This document shows positions 28,062-37,500 of a stretch of 64,000 nucleotides of DNA, in pieces. Below the pieces are notes generated by a model. It had not been told where the DNA came from. It saw only the letters and a list, made by a program, of their open reading frames with translations, and did no database searches. Source of the stretch: Elusimicrobiota bacterium (GTDB lineage: Bacteria > Elusimicrobiota > Endomicrobiia > Endomicrobiales > JBDRNC01); NCBI GenBank assembly GCA_043811535.1, contig JBDRNC010000017.1:128001-192000 (forward strand), read 5' to 3'. Each line of letters opens with the position of its first letter. Position 1 is the stretch's first letter. The position numbers and the translations under genes were made by a program.

Positions 28062-28856
28062 TTAGATAGCTTCTTCGTTCAATTCCTTGTGAAGAGGTCT
28101 GCAAATCCCCCGTTTTGAGTCGTGAATGAACTGTATCATCTCCCGTACTTCAGGCCCGGGGCCCGCCGCTTCAAGCTGCTCAAGAGCTTCTTCCATCAGG
28201 AGTCCTGAAAGAAAAAGCGTGCGGTAAGCGGATTTTATCTCTTCTATAGTTTCTTTTGTCATCGACGCCCTTTTCAGCCCGACGAGGTTCAGGCCTCTGA
28301 GAGTCGCCCTGTCGCCCTGGACCTGAGAGAACGGAATCACGTCAAGCGTGACCATCGAACCCCCGCCGATCATCGCCATTCTTCCTATCTTGTTGAACTG
28401 GTGGACGCCGCATGCTCCTCCGAGAAAAGCCCTTTCGCCTATCTCAACATGTCCTCCGAGTGTTGCTAAGTTTGCCAATATGACGTTGTTGCCTATCCTG
28501 CAGTCATGCGCGACGTGCACGTATGCCATGAAGAAGCATCCCGAACCTATTACCGTTTTTCCGCTGGCCTGTGTGCCGCGGTTTAAAGCGGCGAATTCCC
28601 TTACGGTGCAGTTCGGACCCATGATTAATTTTGTAGTTTCGCCTTTGTATTTAAGATCCTGCGGCGCCGTGCCCACTGTGGCGTGGCTGTATATCGAGCA
28701 GTTCTCCCCTATCTCTGCGAATTCCAGCAGGGCGTGCGAACCGATTTTCGATCCCGGCGCTATAACCGTATTTTCACCTATTATCGCGTAAGGGCCTATT
28801 TCAGCGTTCTCCGCGATTTTTGCCGATTTATGGATTATTGCTGTCGGATGGATCAT
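28062..28856 (-). CDS. lpxA: Acyl-ACP--UDP-GlcNAc(3N) acyltransferase
   Basis: Hexapeptide repeats, PQDLKY, HVAHDC, VHQF, GLNLVGLKR. Confidence 0.97.
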   Translation of the reverse strand: MIHPTAIIHKSAKIAENAEIGPYAIIGENTVIAPGSKIGSHALLEFAEIGENCSIYSHATVGTAPQDLKYKGETTKLIMGPNCTVREFAALNRGTQASGKTVIGSGCFFMAYVHVAHDCRIGNNVILANLATLGGHVEIGERAFLGGACGVHQFNKIGRMAMIGGGSMVTLDVIPFSQVQGDRATLRGLNLVGLKRASMTKETIEEIKSAYRTLFLSGLLMEEALEQLEAAGPGPEVREMIQFIHDSKRGICRPLHKELNEEAI

Positions 28857-30214
28857 TTTTGTCCCTCGTTTTCAACTATCGCGAACATGAATTCGGCTTC
28901 TGTCACCAGACTGCCGTTGACGTATGCTTCGCCTCTGGCCTTTCCGCCTCTTTCGCGCGACCTGAGGACTTCCACACGGAGTTCAAGCACGTCTCCGGGA
29001 ATCACAGGTTTTCTGAATTTTACCGCGTCAATCGACATGAAATACGCCAGTTTTCCCTGAAATTCCGGATTTGCCAGGAACAGCACGCAGGTGGTCTGCG
29101 CCATCGCTTCGACTATCAGTACGCCCGGCATTATAGGTTGTCCGGGGAAGTGCCCTTGAAAAAAGTTCTCGTTTCCGCTGACGCATTTGTATCCGTTCGC
29201 CCTTTTCAGGTCCTCGAGGATCTCGACCCTGTCGATCATGAGAAAAGGGTAGCGGTGCGGGATCAGTTTCTGGATCGCGTTGATGTCGAATATTTTGCCT
29301 TTCGGCTGAGCAGCCGGAGCCGTTGTGGTTTCTTTAGTTTCCATTGTTTTTCCCTCCTCGGGTACGGATGTTTCGGCTATTTTACAGTTTTTTGATATTT
29401 CTTTGGCGAAGTTAATGTTATTGCTGTGGCCACACCTGACAGCCGTTATTTTAGCTTTCAGGGGTTTGCCTATCAGAAAAAGGTCTCCGAGCAGGTCAAG
29501 TATCTTGTGCCTGACGAATTCGTCGGGGAAGCGCAGCTTTTTTTCGGGATTACGGATCCCATCATGTCCGATAACGATTGCGTTATGAAAACTGCCGCCC
29601 TTAGCGAGCCCTTTTGCCGTAAGGGCCTCAAGTTCGAAATCAAAACAGAATGTCCTGGACGGCGCGATTTCATTGACGAATATTTCGGGGGTGATATCGA
29701 AAGACGCTTGCTGGTGTTTAAGGAATGGATGGTCAAATCCGATAGTGCAGTCAATCGTAAGGCGGTCGGATGGCTCCGCAATCAGTTTTGTATTGCCGGA
29801 TTCCAGGACAACCGGGTGCGTGACGGTCAGATATTGTCGCTCGGCGTCAAGTTCTTCAAGACCAGTTTCAAGGATTTTGTTCGCGAATTCCCTGGCGCTT
29901 CCGTCAAGGACCGGTGGTTCGTTGTTGGTAAGGCATATCTCAAGGTTGTCAATCTTGAGTCCCATGCACGTGGCGAGTATATGCTCGATCGTGTGGATCT
30001 GGAAATCTTTGTTCCCGATGACCGTTCCGCGGGTCACTCCGAGAACATGTTTAAAATCCGCTTCGATCGTAGGTTTTTTTGAAAGGTCGGAGCGCGTGAA
30101 TTTAACCCCGAATCCGGCAGGAGCGGGCTTGAAGACAACTTTGCAGGAATTCCCGGTGTGGAGCCCTTTTCCCTCAAGTGCCACTTCATGTTTTATAGTG
30201 GTTTGTTTTTCCAT
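28853..30214 (-). CDS. lpxC-fabZ: Bifunctional LpxC deacetylase / FabZ dehydratase fusion
   Basis: LpxC: GLHTG, TIEH, RHKILDLLGD. FabZ: PHRYPFLMID, FQGHFP..PIMPGVLIVEAMAQ. Confidence 0.96.
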   Translation of the reverse strand: MEKQTTIKHEVALEGKGLHTGNSCKVVFKPAPAGFGVKFTRSDLSKKPTIEADFKHVLGVTRGTVIGNKDFQIHTIEHILATCMGLKIDNLEICLTNNEPPVLDGSAREFANKILETGLEELDAERQYLTVTHPVVLESGNTKLIAEPSDRLTIDCTIGFDHPFLKHQQASFDITPEIFVNEIAPSRTFCFDFELEALTAKGLAKGGSFHNAIVIGHDGIRNPEKKLRFPDEFVRHKILDLLGDLFLIGKPLKAKITAVRCGHSNNINFAKEISKNCKIAETSVPEEGKTMETKETTTAPAAQPKGKIFDINAIQKLIPHRYPFLMIDRVEILEDLKRANGYKCVSGNENFFQGHFPGQPIMPGVLIVEAMAQTTCVLFLANPEFQGKLAYFMSIDAVKFRKPVIPGDVLELRVEVLRSRERGGKARGEAYVNGSLVTEAEFMFAIVENEGQK

Positions 30215-30232
30215 TGTATCAGAGCAGAAGTT

Positions 30233-31246
30233 TCAGTTTTTTTCGCCTAGAAATTTCTTAAGTTTCTCGTATATCTCGGGGAGTTTTCGGATTATCGCCT
30301 CAATTTTTAATTCCTCTTTGTGAGACCTTCCGGGGAAACCGGAGATTATCTCGCCGTCCTTGATATCCCTGGTCGCAACGCCCCTGCCGGCGATTATCAC
30401 GTTATTGCCGATCGTGACATGGCCGACGCTGCCGGATTGACCGGCGAAAACCACGTTGTCGCCTATTTTTGTCGAGCCCGCAATTCCGACCTGAGCGACG
30501 AGAATGCAGTTCTTGCCTATATGCACGTTGTGGGCAATTTGCACGAGATTGTCGATCTTTGTCCCGCTTCCGATCTTTGTTTTGCCGGTTGTCGCACGGT
30601 CGATTGTCGTGTTAGCACCGATTTCTACGTCATCACCTATTTCAACGCTGCCCAGCTGCGGTATCTTATAATGTTTTTTCCCGTCGGCGGCGAAGCCGAA
30701 CCCGTCCGATCCGACCACGGTGCCCGAGTGGATGATGCACCTGTCGCCTACCGTGACGCGTTCGCGTACGGTGACGTTAGGATAGATAAATGATGCTTTT
30801 CCGATCGAAGATTTCCGCCCTATGTAGCTGTTTGCCAATATCCTGGCGTCATCCCCGATCGATGCGTCTTCTTCAATGACAGCGCAGGCGCCTATCGTTA
30901 CATTTTTTCCTATTTTCGCGCTTTTGGACACCACGGCTGTCTGATGTATTCCAGATTTTTCCGAAGGATTGATCTCAGGGGCGAATATCTCGAGAATTTT
31001 AGCGAATGCGAGCTGGGGGTTTTTCACTTTAACGGCCGGCCTGTTCAATTTGGAGAGCGAATCGGGGACTATGATAAGCCCGGCTTTCGACTCATCGATT
31101 TTGCTCAGGTATTTAGGATTTGAGGCAAATGACACGTCCGACTGGCCGGCATCTTCAAGGCCGTTCGCTCCGGTAATCAAGATATCTTCCGAGCCCTCAA
31201 GCTGCCCCGATATGATTTTTGCGATTTCTTTTGAAGTTAATTTCAT
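30233..31246 (-). CDS. lpxD: UDP-3-O-acylglucosamine N-acyltransferase
   Basis: GSDGFGF, KIPQLG, IDRAT, KIDNLVQIAHNV. Confidence 0.97.
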   Translation of the reverse strand: MKLTSKEIAKIISGQLEGSEDILITGANGLEDAGQSDVSFASNPKYLSKIDESKAGLIIVPDSLSKLNRPAVKVKNPQLAFAKILEIFAPEINPSEKSGIHQTAVVSKSAKIGKNVTIGACAVIEEDASIGDDARILANSYIGRKSSIGKASFIYPNVTVRERVTVGDRCIIHSGTVVGSDGFGFAADGKKHYKIPQLGSVEIGDDVEIGANTTIDRATTGKTKIGSGTKIDNLVQIAHNVHIGKNCILVAQVGIAGSTKIGDNVVFAGQSGSVGHVTIGNNVIIAGRGVATRDIKDGEIISGFPGRSHKEELKIEAIIRKLPEIYEKLKKFLGEKN

Positions 31247-31251
31247 TGATT

Positions 31252-31290
31252 TGTAATGAATTTGTAATCTGTAATATGTAATTTGTAATC
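31252..31290. repeat. TGTAATN heptamer tandem array (single arm)
   Basis: tgtaatc tgtaata tgtaatt tgtaatc at 31263-31290, plus one copy at 31252. Confidence 0.8.
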
Positions 31291-31293
31291 GCT

Positions 31294-32031
31294 TTATCTG
31301 CCTCTCAGCCGTTCAAGCACTTTATCCGTGTAATCCTGGGCTGAGTGCCCGTAGAGAATGTTGCCCTTGTCGACTATCATCGAAAGGTTTTCTTCGATTG
31401 TGATCTTTTCCAGTATGCTGTACAAGTCTGAAAGCACGGCGCCGGTATGTTTTTCCTCAAGCTCCCCAAGCTCTTTCTTGCTCTTGTCTATGAGCCGCAT
31501 CAGTTCAATATTTTTCTTTTCTATGTCCTTTTTCATTTTGTCGATCCCGGCTTCCTTTTCCTTTATTTCCACTTCCTTCTGCGTGATCATTGCCTGGTCT
31601 AGGGCAGGTTTCGCTGTTTCTGTCGACACGGCGACCGGGGCCGCTGCTTCCGTTGACAGCATGACCGGCTCTGGCTGCGGCGGCATGGCCTGCTGGGCCG
31701 CGAAGTTTGTTTTCAAGGCGTCAAGTTCGATTTTAAGCTGAAGGATCGCGGTTGAACTGGATTTAACGATGTTCTCCGTAGCAGTGATCTCCTGCCTGGC
31801 CGCGTCGATATCCTTTTTTCTTTTTTCCGCCTCGGTATTGAACTCGGCCTGCAATCTTTTGGTGAGAGGATGGCTCTCGAAAACCTTCTCCATATCTGCG
31901 TATCCTATGCTGCTGGATGTCTTATTGCCGTCAACTTTAAAATTATCAAGCGAGATCTCAACAGGATAGGCAGGGCGGGCGGTCAGCAGCGAACAAAGAA
32001 GGATTGGGTAAACAATAATTAATTTTTTCAC
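31294..32031 (-). CDS. skp: OmpH/Skp family periplasmic chaperone (elongated)
   Basis: IGYADMEKVF..HP, coiled coils, IVDKGNILYG...DYTDKVLERL; lies between bamA and lpxD. Confidence 0.85.
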   Translation of the reverse strand: MKKLIIVYPILLCSLLTARPAYPVEISLDNFKVDGNKTSSSIGYADMEKVFESHPLTKRLQAEFNTEAEKRKKDIDAARQEITATENIVKSSSTAILQLKIELDALKTNFAAQQAMPPQPEPVMLSTEAAAPVAVSTETAKPALDQAMITQKEVEIKEKEAGIDKMKKDIEKKNIELMRLIDKSKKELGELEEKHTGAVLSDLYSILEKITIEENLSMIVDKGNILYGHSAQDYTDKVLERLRGR

Positions 32032-32124
32032 GGCTACCTCGATATACTTGATCCATCTTCACCCCGAAAAATCGGGGCTTCGGGGACTAAAACATCTAGT
32101 AATTCACGCGGCAAAGCGGGATGC

Positions 32125-34380
32125 TTAGAAAATATTTCCTATAGTAAAATAGAACTGGCTCTGGTCCTCGCCGGGCTTGTGATTGAACCCGTGACCCCAG
32201 TCAAGACGCAGCGGAAACACGGGTGTCGTAAAACGTATTCCGAAACCGGCTCCTGATTTTAGTTGATTATCTTCGACGCCTATCTCGGGAACGAAATCCT
32301 CGGGCCTTTTCCACGCGCCTCCCACGTCATAGAAAAACGCTCCCTGAAGGATCGTGCGTTTCTTTTCCTGCACGATAGGGAATTTATATTCAGCGTTGAA
32401 AACAAACATCATCTTACCGCCGCCGGACGGTCCGATCTCGCTGCGGTACTGGTAACCGCGCACGGATTCGGCTCCTCCGACGTAAAATCTTTCATAGATC
32501 GGGACGTCCGTTGACGGCTCGAAAGGCTCGACAAGGCCGAGAGTGCCGTTCATGGAGAAAACGAATTTCCAGATACTCGGAAAGAACCACGAGCTTTTTA
32601 CGCTAGGTTTCACAAAATTGACGTCTCCCTGAAAAGGCCCGCCGGCCACCTGCACGGAAAGCGACTGCCTGCTGCCTCTTGAGGCGTCATATATATTGTC
32701 CCTGGTGTCATAAACTATCTGCGAGATGAGACTCGATGTAATGTCTTTGGACGCGGCAACGGAGTCTTGTATCTGGAAATCCACATTCGAAACCTCGATC
32801 TCTTCATAGCTGTAGGCGAACAGCAGGCTCAGGTAATCGCTCAGCCGGGGGCCTACTCTGACGGTTCCGCCGCGCCGTCCTTCGTTATAATAGTAAACGG
32901 GTGAGGAGCCGTAATCCCTTTTTCTCAGCGTGTCGAAAACGTCAAAGCCCAGGCTGACGGGTTTGTTCATAAACCATGGTTCCGTCCACCCGATCTCGTA
33001 ATTCTGCTTTTTTTCGCCGAATTCCCACAAAAGGCTCATGCGCTGCGCCCTGCCGAGCAGGTTAATATGCTGGACCTGGAGCGAACCGACGAATTTGTCA
33101 ATAGATGAATAGCCAACGCCTGCGGTCAGAAGACCCGCTTTTCCTTCGGTCACGTTCAATACTATGTCAGTGACGTCCGGGCGGTTTGTCGGCTGGAATT
33201 GAGGATCTATCGCGTCTATGAAACCGAGATTGTTAATTTTCTCCATGCTCCTTACGAGTCTGGAACGCGAAAAAACGTCACCTTCCTTCAAAGCGAGCTC
33301 GCGCCGTATAACAAATTCCTTGGTAGAAGTAAGACCGTCTATATATATGCTGCCCACATACACTATTTCATTCTCCGAGGTGTTGAAATTAATATTGAGT
33401 ATCCCCGCTTCCTTCTGGAAATCAAGCTGCGGGTCGATAACGCATCGCCAGTATCCCTTGTCCTGGTACATCTCGCGCATCGAGGCCTGGCTGTCCTGGA
33501 ATTTCTCTTCGTTATAAACCTGCCCGGTCTTGAAAACCAGCGCTTTCCTGAGGTCTTTTTCAGCATAAACCGCGTTCCCGGAGAACGATACGGCGCCGAC
33601 CCTGTATTTCTGCCCTTCCTCCAGGGGAACCGCTATGAACATCTGCGTCCGTTCAGGATTGTAGGTGATCTTCGGCTCACCCACACTGACCTGCAGGTAG
33701 CCGTTATTTTTGTAGAAAAGCGTTATCGTGTCGATATCTTTCTTTATCGTTTCGTCTTTAAAGACCTTCTTTTTCTTGGTTTCCATCATGCGCGCGATCT
33801 TTTTCGGTTTGTATGCCTTCGCCCCTTCGATTGTAACGCCTCCGATGAGTATTCTGTTACCTTCGGTTATAAGAATAGAGATAGTCATGTAATTGGCAAG
33901 CTCGTCTATCGTCGGGATTATCTCGATCTTCGCGTCGGCGTAGCCCTTGTCATGGTAAACCGTCAGCATTTTTGATTTTGATTCGTCTATTTTTGAAGCG
34001 TCAAAAAATTCCTTTTGCTTCAGAGTCATCTCGTCGTTCAGTTTTCCCTTTGAGAGCTTTTTGTTGCCCTTAAGGCTTATCTTTTTGATGAACGGTTTTT
34101 CCTTGACCGAGAATGTCAGTCTCATAGTAGCGGTGTCCAGGTTGATTTCCACGTCTTCAATAGAACCAAGACTCAGGATATTCTGCACGTCGGTCTTTAC
34201 CTGGTCATCCGAATAGAACTTCTTTACTTTGGATTTTATCTGGCTTTTAATAACCTTTTCTTTGACATTCTGTTCGCCTTCTATCAGCACGGCTGTGATT
34301 TTCCGGCTTTCAGCCCTTAATAACGGCGCGAAAAGAAAGAGAAAAGACAGTATTAGCGATGCATTCTTGAATGATAACAT
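32125..34380 (-). CDS. bamA: Outer membrane protein assembly factor BamA
   Basis: POTRA repeats, NLLGRAQ, WTEPW, GGAESVRGY, C-terminal FYFTIGNIF. Confidence 0.96.
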   Translation of the reverse strand: MLSFKNASLILSFLFLFAPLLRAESRKITAVLIEGEQNVKEKVIKSQIKSKVKKFYSDDQVKTDVQNILSLGSIEDVEINLDTATMRLTFSVKEKPFIKKISLKGNKKLSKGKLNDEMTLKQKEFFDASKIDESKSKMLTVYHDKGYADAKIEIIPTIDELANYMTISILITEGNRILIGGVTIEGAKAYKPKKIARMMETKKKKVFKDETIKKDIDTITLFYKNNGYLQVSVGEPKITYNPERTQMFIAVPLEEGQKYRVGAVSFSGNAVYAEKDLRKALVFKTGQVYNEEKFQDSQASMREMYQDKGYWRCVIDPQLDFQKEAGILNINFNTSENEIVYVGSIYIDGLTSTKEFVIRRELALKEGDVFSRSRLVRSMEKINNLGFIDAIDPQFQPTNRPDVTDIVLNVTEGKAGLLTAGVGYSSIDKFVGSLQVQHINLLGRAQRMSLLWEFGEKKQNYEIGWTEPWFMNKPVSLGFDVFDTLRKRDYGSSPVYYYNEGRRGGTVRVGPRLSDYLSLLFAYSYEEIEVSNVDFQIQDSVAASKDITSSLISQIVYDTRDNIYDASRGSRQSLSVQVAGGPFQGDVNFVKPSVKSSWFFPSIWKFVFSMNGTLGLVEPFEPSTDVPIYERFYVGGAESVRGYQYRSEIGPSGGGKMMFVFNAEYKFPIVQEKKRTILQGAFFYDVGGAWKRPEDFVPEIGVEDNQLKSGAGFGIRFTTPVFPLRLDWGHGFNHKPGEDQSQFYFTIGNIF

Positions 34381-34450
34381 TTCAGCTCCCTGGATTAGTA
34401 TAATTCCAAACGCGGATGTAACCGCTTCTTTTACTAAAACACATTATGAA

Positions 34451-34479
34451 ATTATACAAAATATTGTTTCATAAGGCAA
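34451..34479 (-). promoter_or_regulatory. sigma70 promoter for bamA-skp-lpx genes
   Basis: TTGCCT-17 nt-TATAAT. Confidence 0.6.
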
Positions 34480-34564
34480 CCACTCGACATATATTTGACA
34501 AAGCGGTAATGCCGCAAGTTTCAAGTTGTTTTTCTCAGGGGGTTGGTATTATTGGGCGGGATTC

Positions 34565-37500
34565 TTATTTCTTTTCTGTCCAGCCGAAACGCCACTGGTT
34601 TTCGATCATCAAGCGCCGGTCGGGAGTAAAGGAAGGATTCTGACTCTCAAGTTCGTACGTGCCCCTGAGGAAGATGTTATTCCGCATTCTGTAGGAGAGC
34701 TCAAGTTCCTGCCTGAGGCTTAATTTGTCCTGAAACCGGTCAAAAATAACTGAATAACCGAACATTACTTCATTAGAAAGGTATTTTTCGGCTGTGTATT
34801 TCTTGCCGTAAAACAACTCAGTCAGCGTGGGGCTTCCCGGGATTGCCGGTTTGATCGGCTCCAGGTTTTCGTCTCCGCCGCGCAGGTTGTCTATCAGACC
34901 GCTTTTCCTCAGTAGACCCCTCGCGAGCGGTGTTGTCAGCGTTGAATCAAAAATCCTGATAAGGGATTTTCTAAGGAGGTAATCCCTGTCTGAGGTGGAA
35001 TAGGCTTCGGGGTCTACCCCGGTTGCGCGCTGCAGAACCTTTTCGGAAGCCAAATTCGGCGAATTCTTGGATACAAAACGCGGTTTTATGCTTCCGATTG
35101 TCGCCCTGTCTACGAACATGGTTATCGTGTCGGTTCCCCCTTGCGTTGGGTCCGGGACTTCAGCGTAGGCCTCGCCTTCAAGATAGCAGTCGTCCTTAAT
35201 GACCTCAAAGACAGCTCTTTTTATCCTGAATTCCGTGCCCAGGTACCCTATATTTCCCCTGAGCGCCTCCAGCTTTCCGTCGGCCGTTGGCGTATAACCC
35301 TTTCCGGTCAATTTAATCGACCCCTGCGCCTGTGCGCTCACGAGCGCGTTGTCATACCATGTTTTTTTGCCCGTCCTCAGCTCCAGGTCCCACAAAAGTT
35401 TCGGCCAGAAAGATTCAAGGACATCCTCTTCCCCCGTTTGTTTCCTTATCGAAGGATAAGTAAAACGCGTGTTTTCAAGTTCGGCCCAGCCGGAAAGGAG
35501 CGGTTTATCGGCATTGCCTTTAAGGCTTATTTGAAACTTAGGCTCGCCCTGGGAGTAGTTTGTGATTAGTTCCCAGTCTTCGGTCTTGATCAGCGGCGAC
35601 GGTATGGGCAGCTGCGGTATTGAAATGCGGATTCCGCGTTTTTCGCCCGTCTGCCATGTCAGGTTGTATTCCTCAGGTTTGAATCCGTCGAATTTCATCG
35701 TTCCTTTTATGTCCATCATGCCTTCACCGATCTTGCCGGAGAATTCCTCTATCGTCAAAAGATTGTTTTTCCAGAGAAACGAGACATTAATCCCGGTCAT
35801 CTTTTCGAAATATATATTAGAGTTTATCTCGCCGTTCGATATCTTAAGGTAACCGTTGGCATTCGGAGAAACAAGCGTCCCGGTCAGATGCAGCTGCGAG
35901 CGGAGATTTCCCGCCGCGGATTTAATTTCTTTTGACAGCGCGGTAAGCATGTTCAAGGAACCTTCCTCAACGCCGAATGTTATGTCAAGCGGGTTATTCT
36001 TTACTCTTTCAAATACGGCCGAGGTCAGGGGGAAAGGAACGAAGCCGTTGGCCACGATGGTGAAATCATTTTTGCGGACCAGCCGCGCGCGGATAATTGT
36101 CAACACGTCTTGCCTGGCGTTGAATTGAAGGTTGAAATTGTCAAAAGGGATTTCCGAGACCAAGCCGCCGGAGATATTCAGGCTTCCCTCAAGTTTCGGC
36201 TGGTCAAGGTTTCCCCCGCCGATTATGTTGATGTCGGCGTCGCCTTCTACAAAAACAGGAAGATCAAGTAATTCCGAGATAGCCGCCGCCGAAACGGATT
36301 TTCCGGATACCGAGAAGTCCCATTTGTTTTTTCCTACCTCGCCGTCAATAACAATGTTCCTAGAGTTTTCGAATGAAAGCGACAATCTGTGGAATTTGGT
36401 GTCCGGCCATCCGTTCATATCGATATTCCCGGAGACTTTCAGCAGCTGTTTGGACTGCGGCACAAAGGTTATGACCTTTTCCTGATATTTAATCCCGAAG
36501 ACCGTTTCATCAATGCTGTGCTGGTTGAGCCAGACGTTTTCTGTTTTCAGCGTTAAGTTGAAATCAGGCTCATTACCGGTATCGTTCCATGACCCGGATA
36601 GATGCATCATTCCGAATACATCCACCGGACCCAGATGCACGTTCCTCCACTCGGTTTTCAGGTTGTAGCTGCGTTTATTAATTTCAACCTTGCTATCATT
36701 GAGGATTCTTAACTCGCTGTCGGTAAATTTTGCCAGCGCGTTGGAAATAATAACACGGTTGTCCTGGAAGGAAAAGCGCCCCTGAAGTGCGGTTATCGGA
36801 ATTCCGTCAAGGGTTATCTTGTGTCCGTTCAATTCAGCGTCTACTTTGGGATTGGCGTATTCTCCCGAAACCGTGAAATTTCCAGAAAACACCCCGTCGG
36901 TCTGAGTTGACGGGCTTAACTGTCTTGCTATCCGCTGTGAAGTCAGATTAATAATCTTGCCCGAAATATTCAGCTTTGGGTATATAACGCCTGATATCTC
37001 AATGATCTCGGGTCCCGATACTAGTCTTACTTTTTCGCAAAAAACTGTTTTATCGCGCAGTTGGATCTTTCCGGAATGCTCGAAAGGGATATTGTTGTAG
37101 CTCGAGTCTTTTACGGTATACTGGAAATATGCCGTGGGATCGTCATGGGTTCCTGAAACCACCAGTTCGCCTTCAACCGTTCCGTTTGTCTTGTCCGTAA
37201 ATGAATCGATTGGAATATTTTTAAGCGATAGTTTTCCTGCAATGATCTTGTTCTCCAGTCCGATCGCCAGGTTGCCCGAAAGCAGTTTTTCCCATTGTAT
37301 GTTTCTCAGGTCTATCTGGGATTTGGTTACCAATATCTGCGCCCTCAACTTTCTCGCGGGAAGATTGTGCGCTTTTAGTTCGTCGCTGGCGATGTAGCCG
37401 GAGAAATTCCAGTCCTTTCCGGCCTTCAGGTTGCCGGTTATTTTCACCGGACCGTTCAACAAGGCATTGTTGAACGGAAAATTGCGGAACACGATATTTG

